Source of the DNA: a virus
Virus record (IMG/VR): IMGVR_UViG_3300007735_000799
Location: 55,267-119,266 of that record
Length of the DNA: 64,000 nucleotides
Strand: one strand, 5' to 3'
Position 1 is the stretch's first letter, and each line of letters opens with the position of its first letter. The position numbers and the translations under genes were made by a program. Shown here piece after piece: positions 1-8,648 of this stretch. A model generated the notes under the pieces. The model did no database searches and had not been told where the DNA came from. It was given only the letters and a program-made list of their open reading frames with translations.

Positions 1-83
1 CTTGGCTCGGCGTTGGGTCTTTCAACCGTCCACCGAATTTGACGAGTTTCATGTTTTGTATTCCTACAAAACTGCTCCTATTG
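1..83 (-). mobile_element. Group I intron (IC3-like), 5' part, inserted in a tRNA anticodon; continues beyond the left edge
   Basis: Minus strand reads CUU^CAAUAGGAG (P1 with U34.G pair), GUUUUGUA-GGAA-UACAAAAC (P2 with GNRA loop), AAAUUCGGUGGA (P element), GGUU-GAAA-GACC hairpin and AACGCCGAGCCAAG (Q element), as in tRNA-Leu(UAA)-type introns. Confidence 0.85.
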
Positions 84-117
84 AAGTCGGCTACTCTACC
101 AATTGAGTTACCAGAGC
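84..117 (-). tRNA. tRNA 5' exon (positions 1-34; anticodon begins with U, identity unresolved)
   Basis: GCTCTGG TA ACTC AATTGGTA GAGT A GCCGA CTT gives acceptor 5' strand, D-arm with GG, anticodon stem 5' strand, C32 U33 U34; exactly 34 nt. Confidence 0.9.
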
Positions 118-132
118 ATATTAACTTGTAAG

Positions 133-207
133 CGTTCCTGATAGGATTTGAACCTATGACCTGATGCTTAGAAGGCATCTGCACTATCCGGGCTGTGCTA
201 CAGGAAC
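133..207 (-). tRNA. trnR: tRNA-Arg(UCU)
   Basis: GTTCCTG/CAGGAAC acceptor stem, GATGC-CTTCTAA-GCATC anticodon arm, GGTTCAAATCC T-loop; CCA not encoded. Confidence 0.95.
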
Positions 208-215
208 TTAGTTTT

Positions 216-488
216 TTAAGATTCCTGTTTTATACTTTTAACAGAATCCAATGTGAAACTGCGCCAAGCACTCTTATCCAAATCCCAAACGGAAATGGTG
301 GTATCGCTCTTCTTTCTAGGAGTCTTCGCTGTTGTGGATTCAACAACAGGAAGAACAGGAAGATGCTCGGTCTTCAAGGTGCAGCGCATCACTCGTTCAG
401 AACCATCACGCTTGGTGAAGGTAACAACACAAATGTTGTTGTGCAAAATTGCGCTGTATTCGTTTCGCTTATCTTCGGTGGTAATCAT
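216..488 (-). CDS. Stand-alone WYL-like (WYL_2/SH3-fold) protein
   Basis: VTFTKRDGSERVMRCTL ... VWDLDKSAWRSFTLDSV pattern. Confidence 0.75.
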   Translation of the reverse strand: MITTEDKRNEYSAILHNNICVVTFTKRDGSERVMRCTLKTEHLPVLPVVESTTAKTPRKKSDTTISVWDLDKSAWRSFTLDSVKSIKQES

Positions 489-508
489 CGTCGCGTTTCC
501 TTGTCGTC

Positions 509-537
509 AGTATACTTCATATAAGCCGACCATGCAA
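509..537 (-). promoter_or_regulatory. sigma70-type promoter
   Basis: TTGCAT-17 bp-TATACT upstream of the WYL gene and tRNAs. Confidence 0.7.
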
Positions 538-585
538 GAGTAATTGCTACAAAAACCAAAAGAAAAAATGTAACTGCGGAATCCA

Positions 586-816
586 TTATTGATCCAACTT
601 GTTATCGCTCAACCCACGAAACAATCCACTAAAGAATGCGTGTGTAAAGAAAAACGCTAGTGGAATCCATAGTGGAGAAAGAGTCCATCGCCAAGACCAA
701 TCCAATTGATCCATAACCTTCAGCACCACCAAAGTAATGGTGGAAGCGGCGGCGGCTGTTGCAACACTATTAAATGTATTGTTGGTTTGTTCCATGTGGT
801 ATATCTTACCACACAA
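586..816 (-). CDS. Small two-TM membrane protein
   Basis: LKVMDQLDWSWRWTLSPLWIP motif of a widespread phage membrane family. Confidence 0.65.
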   Translation of the reverse strand: MCGKIYHMEQTNNTFNSVATAAAASTITLVVLKVMDQLDWSWRWTLSPLWIPLAFFFTHAFFSGLFRGLSDNKLDQ

Positions 817-822
817 ATCAGG

Positions 823-1242
823 TTAAGTCAAGGCTCTTCTGATTGCATTTCCTCTAGCAAGCAAAGGTAATTTTAAATCAGTAGAACCCTTCATTTTTGA
901 AATTGATTTATAAACTTTACGAAGTGCTTTCAATGAATTTTTACTTTCGTGAATCTCTACCGCTTGCTTATCACCGTCTGTGGCTAAAGCAACCCATCCA
1001 CCGCTTCTACGCTTTTTTAAAGTTCCGTAGAAACGACGCATGGCTCCTGTGGGTTCACGAAGTGCCCAATCGTAAGATTCTTTACCTACGCGATAATCTC
1101 GGTGTTTTTTAACCATAACAGTAATGCAAGGTTTTTCGTGACGCATATCTGTGGGACGAATAACAATTGTGCCTGATGGTTCCACAGGTTTGTCTTCATC
1201 TGCTCCAGTTAATCTGTCCCACAAATCTCTAAAACTTGCCAT
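823..1242 (-). CDS. Hypothetical protein
   Basis: 139-aa ORF tightly packed in a minus-strand operon. Confidence 0.6.
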   Translation of the reverse strand: MASFRDLWDRLTGADEDKPVEPSGTIVIRPTDMRHEKPCITVMVKKHRDYRVGKESYDWALREPTGAMRRFYGTLKKRRSGGWVALATDGDKQAVEIHESKNSLKALRKVYKSISKMKGSTDLKLPLLARGNAIRRALT

Positions 1243-1247
1243 TTGAT

Positions 1248-1442
1248 TTATTTACCGTAGTTTGGTTTTTTACGAGAATAAGGAGAAACTTCTATTGCTA
1301 CAGAAACTTTTTCATCGTTTATTGGAGAAGCAGCAACAACTTTAAGAAGAGGCAATCCTGGTCTGTCTATAACAGTTCCAAAAAGTAAAAAATTATTGTA
1401 TATTTCATTTGGAATAGAAACATTGACTACTTTTTTAGGCAT
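1248..1442 (-). CDS. Hypothetical protein
   Basis: 64-aa ORF with AAGGAG RBS. Confidence 0.55.
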   Translation of the reverse strand: MPKKVVNVSIPNEIYNNFLLFGTVIDRPGLPLLKVVAASPINDEKVSVAIEVSPYSRKKPNYGK

Positions 1443-1469
1443 AGAATATCTCCTTTAAGTATATTGCTA

Positions 1470-2276
1470 TCATAGTGTTTCCACTAATTGCTTAAGTTTC
1501 ATGTAAACTCTAGATTGAACCATGACACTATTCTTAGCATTTTGTATATGAACATATCCTTTTTTGATGGCATCGTTGTCTAGTTTTATGTTACTAATTC
1601 TATCAGAATCATCACCATCCAAATATGTTGTTACAGTAATTCCATATTTTTTTGCTAAAAACCATAAGTAATATTGCTCGGATATTGTGGCTGGCATCCA
1701 TGTTTTTTCTTTATACATCACTTCAAATACATCTTTATTTTTTGCGTCTAAACTGAAATCCAAAGCACTCTTTGCATATTTTTTTATAAACTCATAATTT
1801 GTTCCACCAAAAATTCCCATGTTGTATGCTTTATGTGTCTTATCTGGCAATTCAAATTCATATTTCTCACCTATGTTAGCATAAAATTTTTCAAGTTTAT
1901 AATTATTGTATGCGTAAACTTCTGTACTCTGAACCACAATATCATTTTGTATAAACTCTTCAGGAATAGGTTTCATTAAAAGAACATCGTAATCTATATG
2001 TAAAAATGGTTCTTCTTTTTCTGCCAATAGTTTATAAGCATACAGTTTACCTAATGCCCAGTTACGATTTTCAACTCCATCAAAAACATCCAAATCTGTT
2101 GTTATGTTTGTGAATGGAGCATCTCGGAATAGATCTTTACTTTTACTATCCGTAATAAGTGTTATTTCTTTATAGTGTTTCACGGCATAACTTGCGGATA
2201 GTTTATGCAACCCCAAAACATATTCGTTGGGTGTTTTTTGATATCCACCAGACCAATAAGACATATAAACCTTCAT
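1470..2276 (-). CDS. DUF6734-like, glycosyltransferase-like protein
   Basis: WALGKLYAY and FLHIDYDV (DxD) motifs; GIFGG block. Confidence 0.65.
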   Translation of the reverse strand: MKVYMSYWSGGYQKTPNEYVLGLHKLSASYAVKHYKEITLITDSKSKDLFRDAPFTNITTDLDVFDGVENRNWALGKLYAYKLLAEKEEPFLHIDYDVLLMKPIPEEFIQNDIVVQSTEVYAYNNYKLEKFYANIGEKYEFELPDKTHKAYNMGIFGGTNYEFIKKYAKSALDFSLDAKNKDVFEVMYKEKTWMPATISEQYYLWFLAKKYGITVTTYLDGDDSDRISNIKLDNDAIKKGYVHIQNAKNSVMVQSRVYMKLKQLVETL

Positions 2277-2296
2277 AATTATAACTCCTATTTGTT

Positions 2297-2611
2297 TTAT
2301 CGTTTGGCTGTTTGCCAGTCTGGAACTTGCGGGAGTGATTGGTCAGCAACTGCTTCTTTAGCATTTGCTCCTGCGGCTTTTAGCCACTTTGCAACTGTTT
2401 CTCTGCGTCGTTCCGCATGTAAAGCATTCTCAACTTCCCAAGCAAATTTCTTGTGACGAATTTTCTTTTTGTCTATATCGTCTGTGCCTTCAAAATCTTC
2501 CACATCAAAATCAGCGGGAATCACATCAGCAAAAAATCCAAGACCATAATTGAAAATGGCTGTACTATTGCCTGCGCCTTCTTCCTTGATGTAATTCTTA
2601 AAAGACTTCAT
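2297..2611 (-). CDS. Candidate internal head protein
   Basis: N-terminus MKSFKNYIKEE resembles the T4 capsid-targeting sequence. Confidence 0.55.
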   Translation of the reverse strand: MKSFKNYIKEEGAGNSTAIFNYGLGFFADVIPADFDVEDFEGTDDIDKKKIRHKKFAWEVENALHAERRRETVAKWLKAAGANAKEAVADQSLPQVPDWQTAKR

Positions 2612-2883
2612 TACTCAGATTTAGGAGTTTTAATTTCTTCTGTTTCTTCTTCTTTGCAAGGTGTCTTAAAATATTGATTATAAGCCCACACCACAACCAA
2701 GAACACAACAGGCAGATACCATAGAATCCATCCCCAATTAGTTGTTAGATGGGCGTTGTTTGTAATTTCCCATTGAAGTTTCTTCATCACCACATTGTCT
2801 TTCGTGGTATCAGGAACAATAACTGGTGCTGTGCTGCAAGCCGTTAAAACGAGTGAAGCGATTAGTCCGATTAGGTATTTCAT
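2611..2883 (-). CDS. Lipoprotein with additional C-terminal TM segment
   Basis: Start MKYLIGLIASLVLTA-C (lipobox) after AAGGAG; WGWILWYLPVVFLVVVWAY hydrophobic segment. Confidence 0.65.
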   Translation of the reverse strand: MKYLIGLIASLVLTACSTAPVIVPDTTKDNVVMKKLQWEITNNAHLTTNWGWILWYLPVVFLVVVWAYNQYFKTPCKEEETEEIKTPKSE

Positions 2884-2893
2884 GTTTACTCCT

Positions 2894-3322
2894 TTACGAC
2901 TTGTTTGCTGCTGCTGCTGAACCAAAGTAGAATCCTACAATGCTCAACAAGATTTGACGATTCTCTGATGTGAACAAGAACCCGTTGATTTCCACGAAGT
3001 ACTTTCTCAGAACATCAGGCCCCAAGAAATTGGTTTGAGTTGCATCCACTTCAACGAATGTAGGAACACCAAAGAAGGGCAACACAAACGGAGCCAAGAA
3101 AGTTGCAAACAAGGTTGACAGAACTATAATCTGACGCACTCCCTTACCCATATCTAACGGAACACGCTCAACTGCTTTTTGTTGATTATCGGTGGTCTGC
3201 TTGTTTGCAGCCATCATCTGCTGAAACATTTCTTTTTGATCTTGAGACTTCTGTGCTATAAAGCGAAACAGAAAGCCTACCGCTGAACCACCAAGCATTG
3301 ACAATAGTTCTATCATAGGCAT
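2894..3322 (-). CDS. Holin-like 3-TM membrane protein
   Basis: N-terminal hydrophobic helix, central TM, C-terminal LLSIVGFYFGS motif similar to 3TM holin families. Confidence 0.5.
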   Translation of the reverse strand: MPMIELLSMLGGSAVGFLFRFIAQKSQDQKEMFQQMMAANKQTTDNQQKAVERVPLDMGKGVRQIIVLSTLFATFLAPFVLPFFGVPTFVEVDATQTNFLGPDVLRKYFVEINGFLFTSENRQILLSIVGFYFGSAAAANKS

Positions 3323-3349
3323 ACCAGCCCCTTTCTAAAAATACTAAAG

Positions 3350-3356
3350 TATTTAG
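3350..3356 (-). promoter_or_regulatory. T4-like late promoter box
   Basis: CTAAATA just downstream of a terminator and upstream of the holin-like gene. Confidence 0.5.
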
Positions 3357-3366
3357 GCGGCAAATG

Positions 3367-3393
3367 AAAAGGGGAGGAGTCTCCTCCTCCCCT
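3367..3393 (-). terminator. Rho-independent terminator
   Basis: GGGGAGGAG-GAGA-CUCCUCCCC followed by UUUU. Confidence 0.8.
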
Positions 3394-3415
3394 CTCAAAG
3401 AATCTATTTTATAAA

Positions 3416-4186
3416 TCAGAACTTGATGCCGATACCAGCAGTCACATTCCACGAGTTCTCGTTGGCAGCATTCATTTCCTGCCATACAGGAACGCCGAAG
3501 CCTGCGTTTAGGTCAACATTGTTGGAGACCTTCCACTCAGCCTTTGGGCCAAGGAAAGCCACATTGCTGCCCTCGGTGTACCACTGGTTCAAGTCTACGC
3601 CGACCTGTAGACTGCTCCACTTGTAGGCAACAAACGACTCAGCATTGAGACCGTAGTTGTTGAAGTTACCAAACACAGGAGTGTAAGCGTATGAGCCAAC
3701 CCACAGAACATCAAAGGTCTGTGTGTAAGCAACCGAACCCCAAGTCATATCGTAATTAAAACCAACATGTGGGTTCACATTGTCGGTGTTGTAACCAGCA
3801 GAACCGGTTGGCATCCATGCGCCACCTTCAACAGCGAAGTTGGTGTTTGCACCAAGGAACTTTGCGTCCTTGACCAAACCGTATTCAACGCCGATGTCAA
3901 TAGCACCGTAGCCTGTTACATCTTGCGAGTAAACAGGAACAGTAATGTGCCATCCAAGCAAGTCATACAACTTGCCGCTGATGGTGGAATCCAACTCAGT
4001 TACAGTACTAACATTCGTCTTTCCCCAAAAGGTCAAGGTTTCATCAACCGAGATACTGTTGAAGAGAGAAGCCGATGCCTGCGGAGCAGGAGCGGTAGTA
4101 GTTGCAGCAGCCTGTTGAGCAACTGCATTGCTGTTTGCCAAAACTACTACGGCTACAGCAGCGAGGTATCTAAAGAATCGTGTCAT
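3416..4186 (-). CDS. Outer-membrane beta-barrel protein
   Basis: Signal peptide MTRFFRYLAAVAVVVLANSNAVA, alternating amphipathic beta-strands, WMPTG motif, terminal GIGIKF (C-terminal Phe). Confidence 0.8.
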   Translation of the reverse strand: MTRFFRYLAAVAVVVLANSNAVAQQAAATTTAPAPQASASLFNSISVDETLTFWGKTNVSTVTELDSTISGKLYDLLGWHITVPVYSQDVTGYGAIDIGVEYGLVKDAKFLGANTNFAVEGGAWMPTGSAGYNTDNVNPHVGFNYDMTWGSVAYTQTFDVLWVGSYAYTPVFGNFNNYGLNAESFVAYKWSSLQVGVDLNQWYTEGSNVAFLGPKAEWKVSNNVDLNAGFGVPVWQEMNAANENSWNVTAGIGIKF

Positions 4187-4278
4187 TACATTTCTCCTTA
4201 TATAAGTTAAACCCCTCAACTCCGAGGGGTCTAGTATATTGGCCTGAAATGTGTTTAGGATACCATTTATAAAATGGT

Positions 4279-4428
4279 TTAGATTTTAACTTTTTCAGCA
4301 CGAAGCGTCATGTTGATGTGTGCTGGATAAGTTTTAGGCAATCCTGAACGAGAAACGCCACTTGGACGATTTCTAGTTTTGTATCCGCCTTTTTTAAAAG
4401 CCTTACTCGTGTCCTTGTTCTTTGCCAT
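4279..4428 (-). CDS. Small basic protein (49 aa, not in ORF track)
   Basis: MAKNKDTSKAFKKGGYKTRNRPSGVSRSGLPKTYPAHINMTLRAEKVKI, translated by hand. Confidence 0.4.
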   Translation of the reverse strand: MAKNKDTSKAFKKGGYKTRNRPSGVSRSGLPKTYPAHINMTLRAEKVKI

Positions 4429-4591
4429 CTGTTTTGCCTTTCACTTTCACTTCTTTCTTTACATCTTCAAGTTCTTCTTGCGCCTTTAACTCTTCTTTAG
4501 TTTCTGATGGTAGAGAAATTTCATTAACTGGTTTTATCTTACCAATCTCTACTCTTTCTCTAAAATTTGGCCCAAGAAAAAAATTACCCAT
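4403..4591 (-). CDS. Hypothetical protein
   Basis: 62-aa charged ORF coupled to the upstream gene (TAATG). Confidence 0.5.
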   Translation of the reverse strand: MGNFFLGPNFRERVEIGKIKPVNEISLPSETKEELKAQEELEDVKKEVKVKGKTDGKEQGHE

Positions 4592-5487
4592 TAAGCGTAT
4601 CCCTTCATCACCAAGTTGTGTGCTTGTGTGAAGCCTTTAACGATTTCGTTCCAATCACGAAGATTGATGAATGCTCTGTGTACAGTTTCTTCATCGCCAG
4701 AATCTCCACCTGAGCAGACATTTGCTTTCTTGCAAAGTGCATCAGGAATGAAACTCAGATCGCCGTAGACCGACCAAGTTTGACGGTATCCACCAAAAGT
4801 CTTCTTGATACCACCCTCAGAGTAAATCACCATGATGGTTCCAATTCCAGGAATGATCTTTTCAATTGCGGGAATACCAGGACCTGTTGGATCGTCTAGC
4901 GTTGTTGCCTTCCATCCTTGTGGTGGACGGTTATAAAAATCTGGAATCTTTGGTGCAGTTTTCTTACCACCGAATCCAAAAATCTTCTCTTGTAGAGAAC
5001 GCTTTGCTTCTTCAAATATCTTACGCTGATAGTGTGGTGCACTGCCGCTAAGTTCAGCAGACTCCACCTTGGAGAAGTTATACTTCTGAGCCAAACCAGG
5101 AATAATCTCTGAGGCTAGGCGAGAAATCAAATCTCTTTCCTTCTGTGTGCATTCAGTATTGAGAATTTTTAGAACCTTTTCAGGACTGTTTGCATTGCTA
5201 TTGATCTTTGCAGCCAATCGTGGAAGAACCACAGAAGAGAAACTTGTAAGAAGTAGTTGCTCTGCTGGAGTAGCCTTGGTCTTGAACCATCCAAAGAATT
5301 CATTTACAGGAATAACTATGTGTGGTGTCTTGTCTGAAAGTACGCGAAGCATCTCGTCAAGAGTAACTTCACGATCTTCGTTCACAGACTGATTTTCAAC
5401 TTTTGGAGCGGCGATTTCGTTGGAAACAACCGACTTGGGTTGAAACTTGGCGGCTTCTTCCTGTAATTTCTTATTGTAATGGTACAT
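4591..5487 (-). CDS. Candidate head-core/internal protein
   Basis: Late promoter upstream; several xxE-A type sites (LQEEA, VESAE, IFEEA, LQEK). Confidence 0.55.
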   Translation of the reverse strand: MYHYNKKLQEEAAKFQPKSVVSNEIAAPKVENQSVNEDREVTLDEMLRVLSDKTPHIVIPVNEFFGWFKTKATPAEQLLLTSFSSVVLPRLAAKINSNANSPEKVLKILNTECTQKERDLISRLASEIIPGLAQKYNFSKVESAELSGSAPHYQRKIFEEAKRSLQEKIFGFGGKKTAPKIPDFYNRPPQGWKATTLDDPTGPGIPAIEKIIPGIGTIMVIYSEGGIKKTFGGYRQTWSVYGDLSFIPDALCKKANVCSGGDSGDEETVHRAFINLRDWNEIVKGFTQAHNLVMKGYA

Positions 5488-5514
5488 TGTCTCTCCCTGA
5501 AAATAGGTTCTAGT

Positions 5515-5556
5515 TTATTTATGTTGCAAAATACGGCGGTTAAAATTACATAAATA
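5515..5556. promoter_or_regulatory. Divergent pair of late promoter boxes
   Basis: ATAAATA on the minus strand (about 5516-5522) and ATAAATA on the plus strand (5550-5556, 7 nt before ATG 5564). Confidence 0.55.
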
Positions 5557-5563
5557 CTCAAAA

Positions 5564-6196
5564 ATGCCTCTAAAGGAGCGTACCATGAACTCGGATTTTA
5601 ACTTTCGTACCCCACTAAAAGCAAAGAACAATATCCTATCGGAAGCGTTCAAGCGTATCGGCAAGATTGCCGCAGATAACTTTAGCCCACTCAAGGGTAA
5701 GGGTTCTGAAAACTTGGTGGAGGCGGTTACTCTAGACCCAACAGAACGAGAGATTTTTCTGTATACCGTGAACCATCATGGCATCTATCGCAGTCGCATC
5801 ACCCCAATTATTGACAACTATAAAAAGAAGATCAGCGGTGGTAAGTTTGATCGTAACCTTGCAACCAAAGGATTCACCTACGCTGTTGAAGACGGCATCA
5901 AGGAATACAACAAAGAGAACGGAACCACAATCAAAATGAATCCTGCCTCGCGCATGCGCGTGGCTGAAAAGATGCTTGAGTATTACGGCGAAGAGATTGG
6001 CATGTCTGCTCGTAATGTATCGGTACACAAAGAAGAAGTGGCAGACGAAATTAAACTATCAGAAGTGTCGCCACCAGCAGGTGCTGCTCGCAGATTCTCC
6101 AAGAAGCCAGAAGTTAAAGCCTCTTTCAAGAAGCGTTACGGAGATCGTTGGAAGGAAGTAATGTACGCCACCGCTTGGAAAATGCACAATAAATGA
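5564..6196 (+). CDS. Candidate internal head protein (multi-module)
   Basis: ILSEA, LVEA and LSEV junctions; C-terminal FKKRYG...VMYATAWK module seen in T4-like phages. Confidence 0.65.
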   Translation: MPLKERTMNSDFNFRTPLKAKNNILSEAFKRIGKIAADNFSPLKGKGSENLVEAVTLDPTEREIFLYTVNHHGIYRSRITPIIDNYKKKISGGKFDRNLATKGFTYAVEDGIKEYNKENGTTIKMNPASRMRVAEKMLEYYGEEIGMSARNVSVHKEEVADEIKLSEVSPPAGAARRFSKKPEVKASFKKRYGDRWKEVMYATAWKMHNK

Positions 6197-6765
6197 AATC
6201 GTTTCGCTCATTCCTAACCGAAGCACCTGATTGCGCCGAACAATCCAAATTTATTTGGAAGGGTGCGGTTAAATCTGTTGCTGTATGCAATTTCAAGGAT
6301 GGGGTTGTATGGAAGGGAGCAACACAATCGGTTCCTCTTTTTAACATCAAGGGTGGTGTAATGTGGGAGGGTGTGCTGCAAGCCAAGGCTATCGGCAACT
6401 TCAAAGAAGGAATTCTTTGGGAAGGCATGGTTCAAGAAAAAGCCTTGTGCAACATTCGTGAAAATACCGTATGGCAAGGTATGCTTCAAGCCAAGGCAAT
6501 TTGTAATTTTGGAACTGCTGATGTTCCTGATGCCAAACCGGTATGCAATCAAGAAACCGTATTCGTATGGCGAGAGATGGTTAAGAGTGAAGCCATTCTT
6601 AACTTTAATATGAAAATGAGTAATCACACTAAACTTGCGATTGCATACACCTTTGTTATGAAGAATTCTTCTCCTAAAGTAAATAAAAAAACAGCCTCGG
6701 GGGATAAGCCCAAGGCTGTTAAAATCACACCAAAACCAAATAAGGTTCAGGCGTCCAAAGCGTAA
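6193..6765 (+). CDS. Beta-repeat protein with capsid-targeting-like N-terminus
   Basis: MKSFRSFLTEA followed by about five 18-aa repeats with G-x-x-W-x-G cores. Confidence 0.65.
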   Translation: MKSFRSFLTEAPDCAEQSKFIWKGAVKSVAVCNFKDGVVWKGATQSVPLFNIKGGVMWEGVLQAKAIGNFKEGILWEGMVQEKALCNIRENTVWQGMLQAKAICNFGTADVPDAKPVCNQETVFVWREMVKSEAILNFNMKMSNHTKLAIAYTFVMKNSSPKVNKKTASGDKPKAVKITPKPNKVQASKA

Positions 6766-7565
6766 TTTTGCGCTTGCGATTTAGGGTTGTTGATGAAGTC
6801 TTCCATAGCCTTCATTATTTCCTCATACTGCTCGTACTGAACTTGATCCCGACCGTTCTTGTCTACGCATTTGGTAGCAACACGCGGTGAACGGAAATCG
6901 GGTTGACAATCCGCTAACACACCAGGATGATTGGCAATGTATTCCCGAGCCGTAGCAACACGATCAAGGTTGGTGGCAAGTACTGCTTCCACATCTAGTT
7001 TGCTCGTCAATCGTTCCCACACCTCATTGGATTCTACCATCGTGGTAAGTGTGCCGTTGCTGCGAACACACATGTTGGGAAGTGTGGTATTTCCCCAAGC
7101 GTACAATTTCTCCCACAGAAGTTTAGCAAGCGGCTGACGCATCAGAAGAAAATCTGAACCGCAAGCATCCAAACGAGTAGACAATCGGGGAAACACTTTA
7201 TGCTTGCGATTCCAACAATTTGCATCTGTAATGCAAGTTTTCCAAGAATCTCTAACACACTCAAGTTCTGAGGAATGCAGGAAGATTGGATCTCTATCTT
7301 CCACGCGATCTAAAAAAAGAAAATGTTGAATATCCGTGATGCTGTACGGACACCACGCTCGCAGGAGATTCTTACCGATGCCGCGAGGAGACTCACCCAC
7401 CCACTCGCGCATGAGAAAAGCAATTCTTGTATCCTCTTTGGTATCCAACTCCCAAAAGTGAGCCTCCACCACATTGTGGTAGTTTACACCGTACATGCCG
7501 ATGCTGTGCTTGCCCAACACAGGAACGCCACACAGATTCTGAATTTCCAACAGATCGTCAGTCAT
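6747..7565 (-). CDS. Hypothetical protein
   Basis: 272-aa ORF, coupled to upstream gene. Confidence 0.65.
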   Translation of the reverse strand: MTDDLLEIQNLCGVPVLGKHSIGMYGVNYHNVVEAHFWELDTKEDTRIAFLMREWVGESPRGIGKNLLRAWCPYSITDIQHFLFLDRVEDRDPIFLHSSELECVRDSWKTCITDANCWNRKHKVFPRLSTRLDACGSDFLLMRQPLAKLLWEKLYAWGNTTLPNMCVRSNGTLTTMVESNEVWERLTSKLDVEAVLATNLDRVATAREYIANHPGVLADCQPDFRSPRVATKCVDKNGRDQVQYEQYEEIMKAMEDFINNPKSQAQNYALDA

Positions 7566-7794
7566 TTGTTTCCTCTTCTAAGATAAGAATTGCTCCGCGA
7601 GCCATGACATAATCCCAATACCCACGAGCGGTTTCAAGGTTTGTGGTGTAGACCTTTGGAGAGGCTGTCTCTCCTTTAACCCAATGCTTGAAAATCACAA
7701 ATGTTGGATCAACACTATCGGCTTCAAACTGATAGATGTCGCATCTGTGTGCAGTTTGGTTCACGAGTTGCCACTTTCTTCGTGTGCGAATCAT
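7558..7794 (-). CDS. Small protein, W-x-x-L-x-x-x-G helix family
   Basis: ETARGYWDYVMARGA C-terminus. Confidence 0.6.
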   Translation of the reverse strand: MIRTRRKWQLVNQTAHRCDIYQFEADSVDPTFVIFKHWVKGETASPKVYTTNLETARGYWDYVMARGAILILEEETND

Positions 7795-8045
7795 TGCAGT
7801 TCACTCAGCCACTTGTGCCGAGCAATCAATCCAAATTCTTTTCTGATAGGCTTGCCTTCACGAAACGCTTGCATCATGTCCATCAGGAACATGGTCATAT
7901 GCTCGTCGCCTGCAATCAGAGTCTCGTCAAACAGAGTCTCAAACATTTCAATCAGGGCGTTGAGAGTAACAGGATACTTCTCTTCGCCGTGACGGTAAAT
8001 CCACACCGGCTTCTGCTTGGTGTTTTTACGAACAGGCTTCTTCAC
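7791..8045 (-). CDS. Hypothetical protein
   Basis: 84-aa ORF with 4-nt overlaps on both sides. Confidence 0.55.
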   Translation of the reverse strand: MKKPVRKNTKQKPVWIYRHGEEKYPVTLNALIEMFETLFDETLIAGDEHMTMFLMDMMQAFREGKPIRKEFGLIARHKWLSELQ

Positions 8046-8302
8046 GCTCCACCCGTTTCCATCATCATTTTGCCGGTTTTGTAAAGTTCCGAAAGACGAA
8101 GAACAGGATGAGCCATTGCATCCCGAAACAGATTCAAGGTTCCGTGCAAGCCGTCAACCGTATCGCTCAACACGCTTGCAAAGTGCGGAGACACCAGAAC
8201 GAGAGCGTCATCCTCATACGCTGCTTCGTGAATTGCGAAGAACTCGTTTCCTTCTTCATCAGTATCGTGGTGAACCACGCGATGATTCCATGTGAATGCC
8301 AT
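8042..8302 (-). CDS. Conserved phage protein (W-x-[HY]-R-V ... IHE family)
   Basis: TWNHRVV...FAIHEAAY; similar to 56486..56947. Confidence 0.65.
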   Translation of the reverse strand: MAFTWNHRVVHHDTDEEGNEFFAIHEAAYEDDALVLVSPHFASVLSDTVDGLHGTLNLFRDAMAHPVLRLSELYKTGKMMMETGGA

Positions 8303-8315
8303 TTTCTGTTTTCCT

Positions 8316-8648
8316 TTACTTGATGGGGTATGTGAACGGAACGGTCTGACCAGGCGTGAAAGACTGGTCGTTGCGAATCTCGGTCATCTCGGAACGATAC
8401 TCACCACACTGCTTGGTGACATAGTGTTGCCACAGTTTGCGACCCTCTTCTAAACTACCTTTCCAATTGCTGAGAATCTTGCCAGGCTTGCCGTTGGCAT
8501 CGTTGTGACGCACCAACACGCGGCACGGAACAACTAATTTGTTGAATTGAGTTTTCTTGTGAATCACGAACTGCACCCACTCATGCTTGGCAACGCCGTT
8601 GTAGTTGTCTTGGATAAGCAACCAATAATGAATAACTTCCCATCCCAT
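8316..8648 (-). CDS. Small protein, W-x-x-L-x-x-x-G helix family
   Basis: Start MGWEV (TAATG coupling); LEEGRKLWQHYVTKQCG. Confidence 0.6.
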   Translation of the reverse strand: MGWEVIHYWLLIQDNYNGVAKHEWVQFVIHKKTQFNKLVVPCRVLVRHNDANGKPGKILSNWKGSLEEGRKLWQHYVTKQCGEYRSEMTEIRNDQSFTPGQTVPFTYPIK

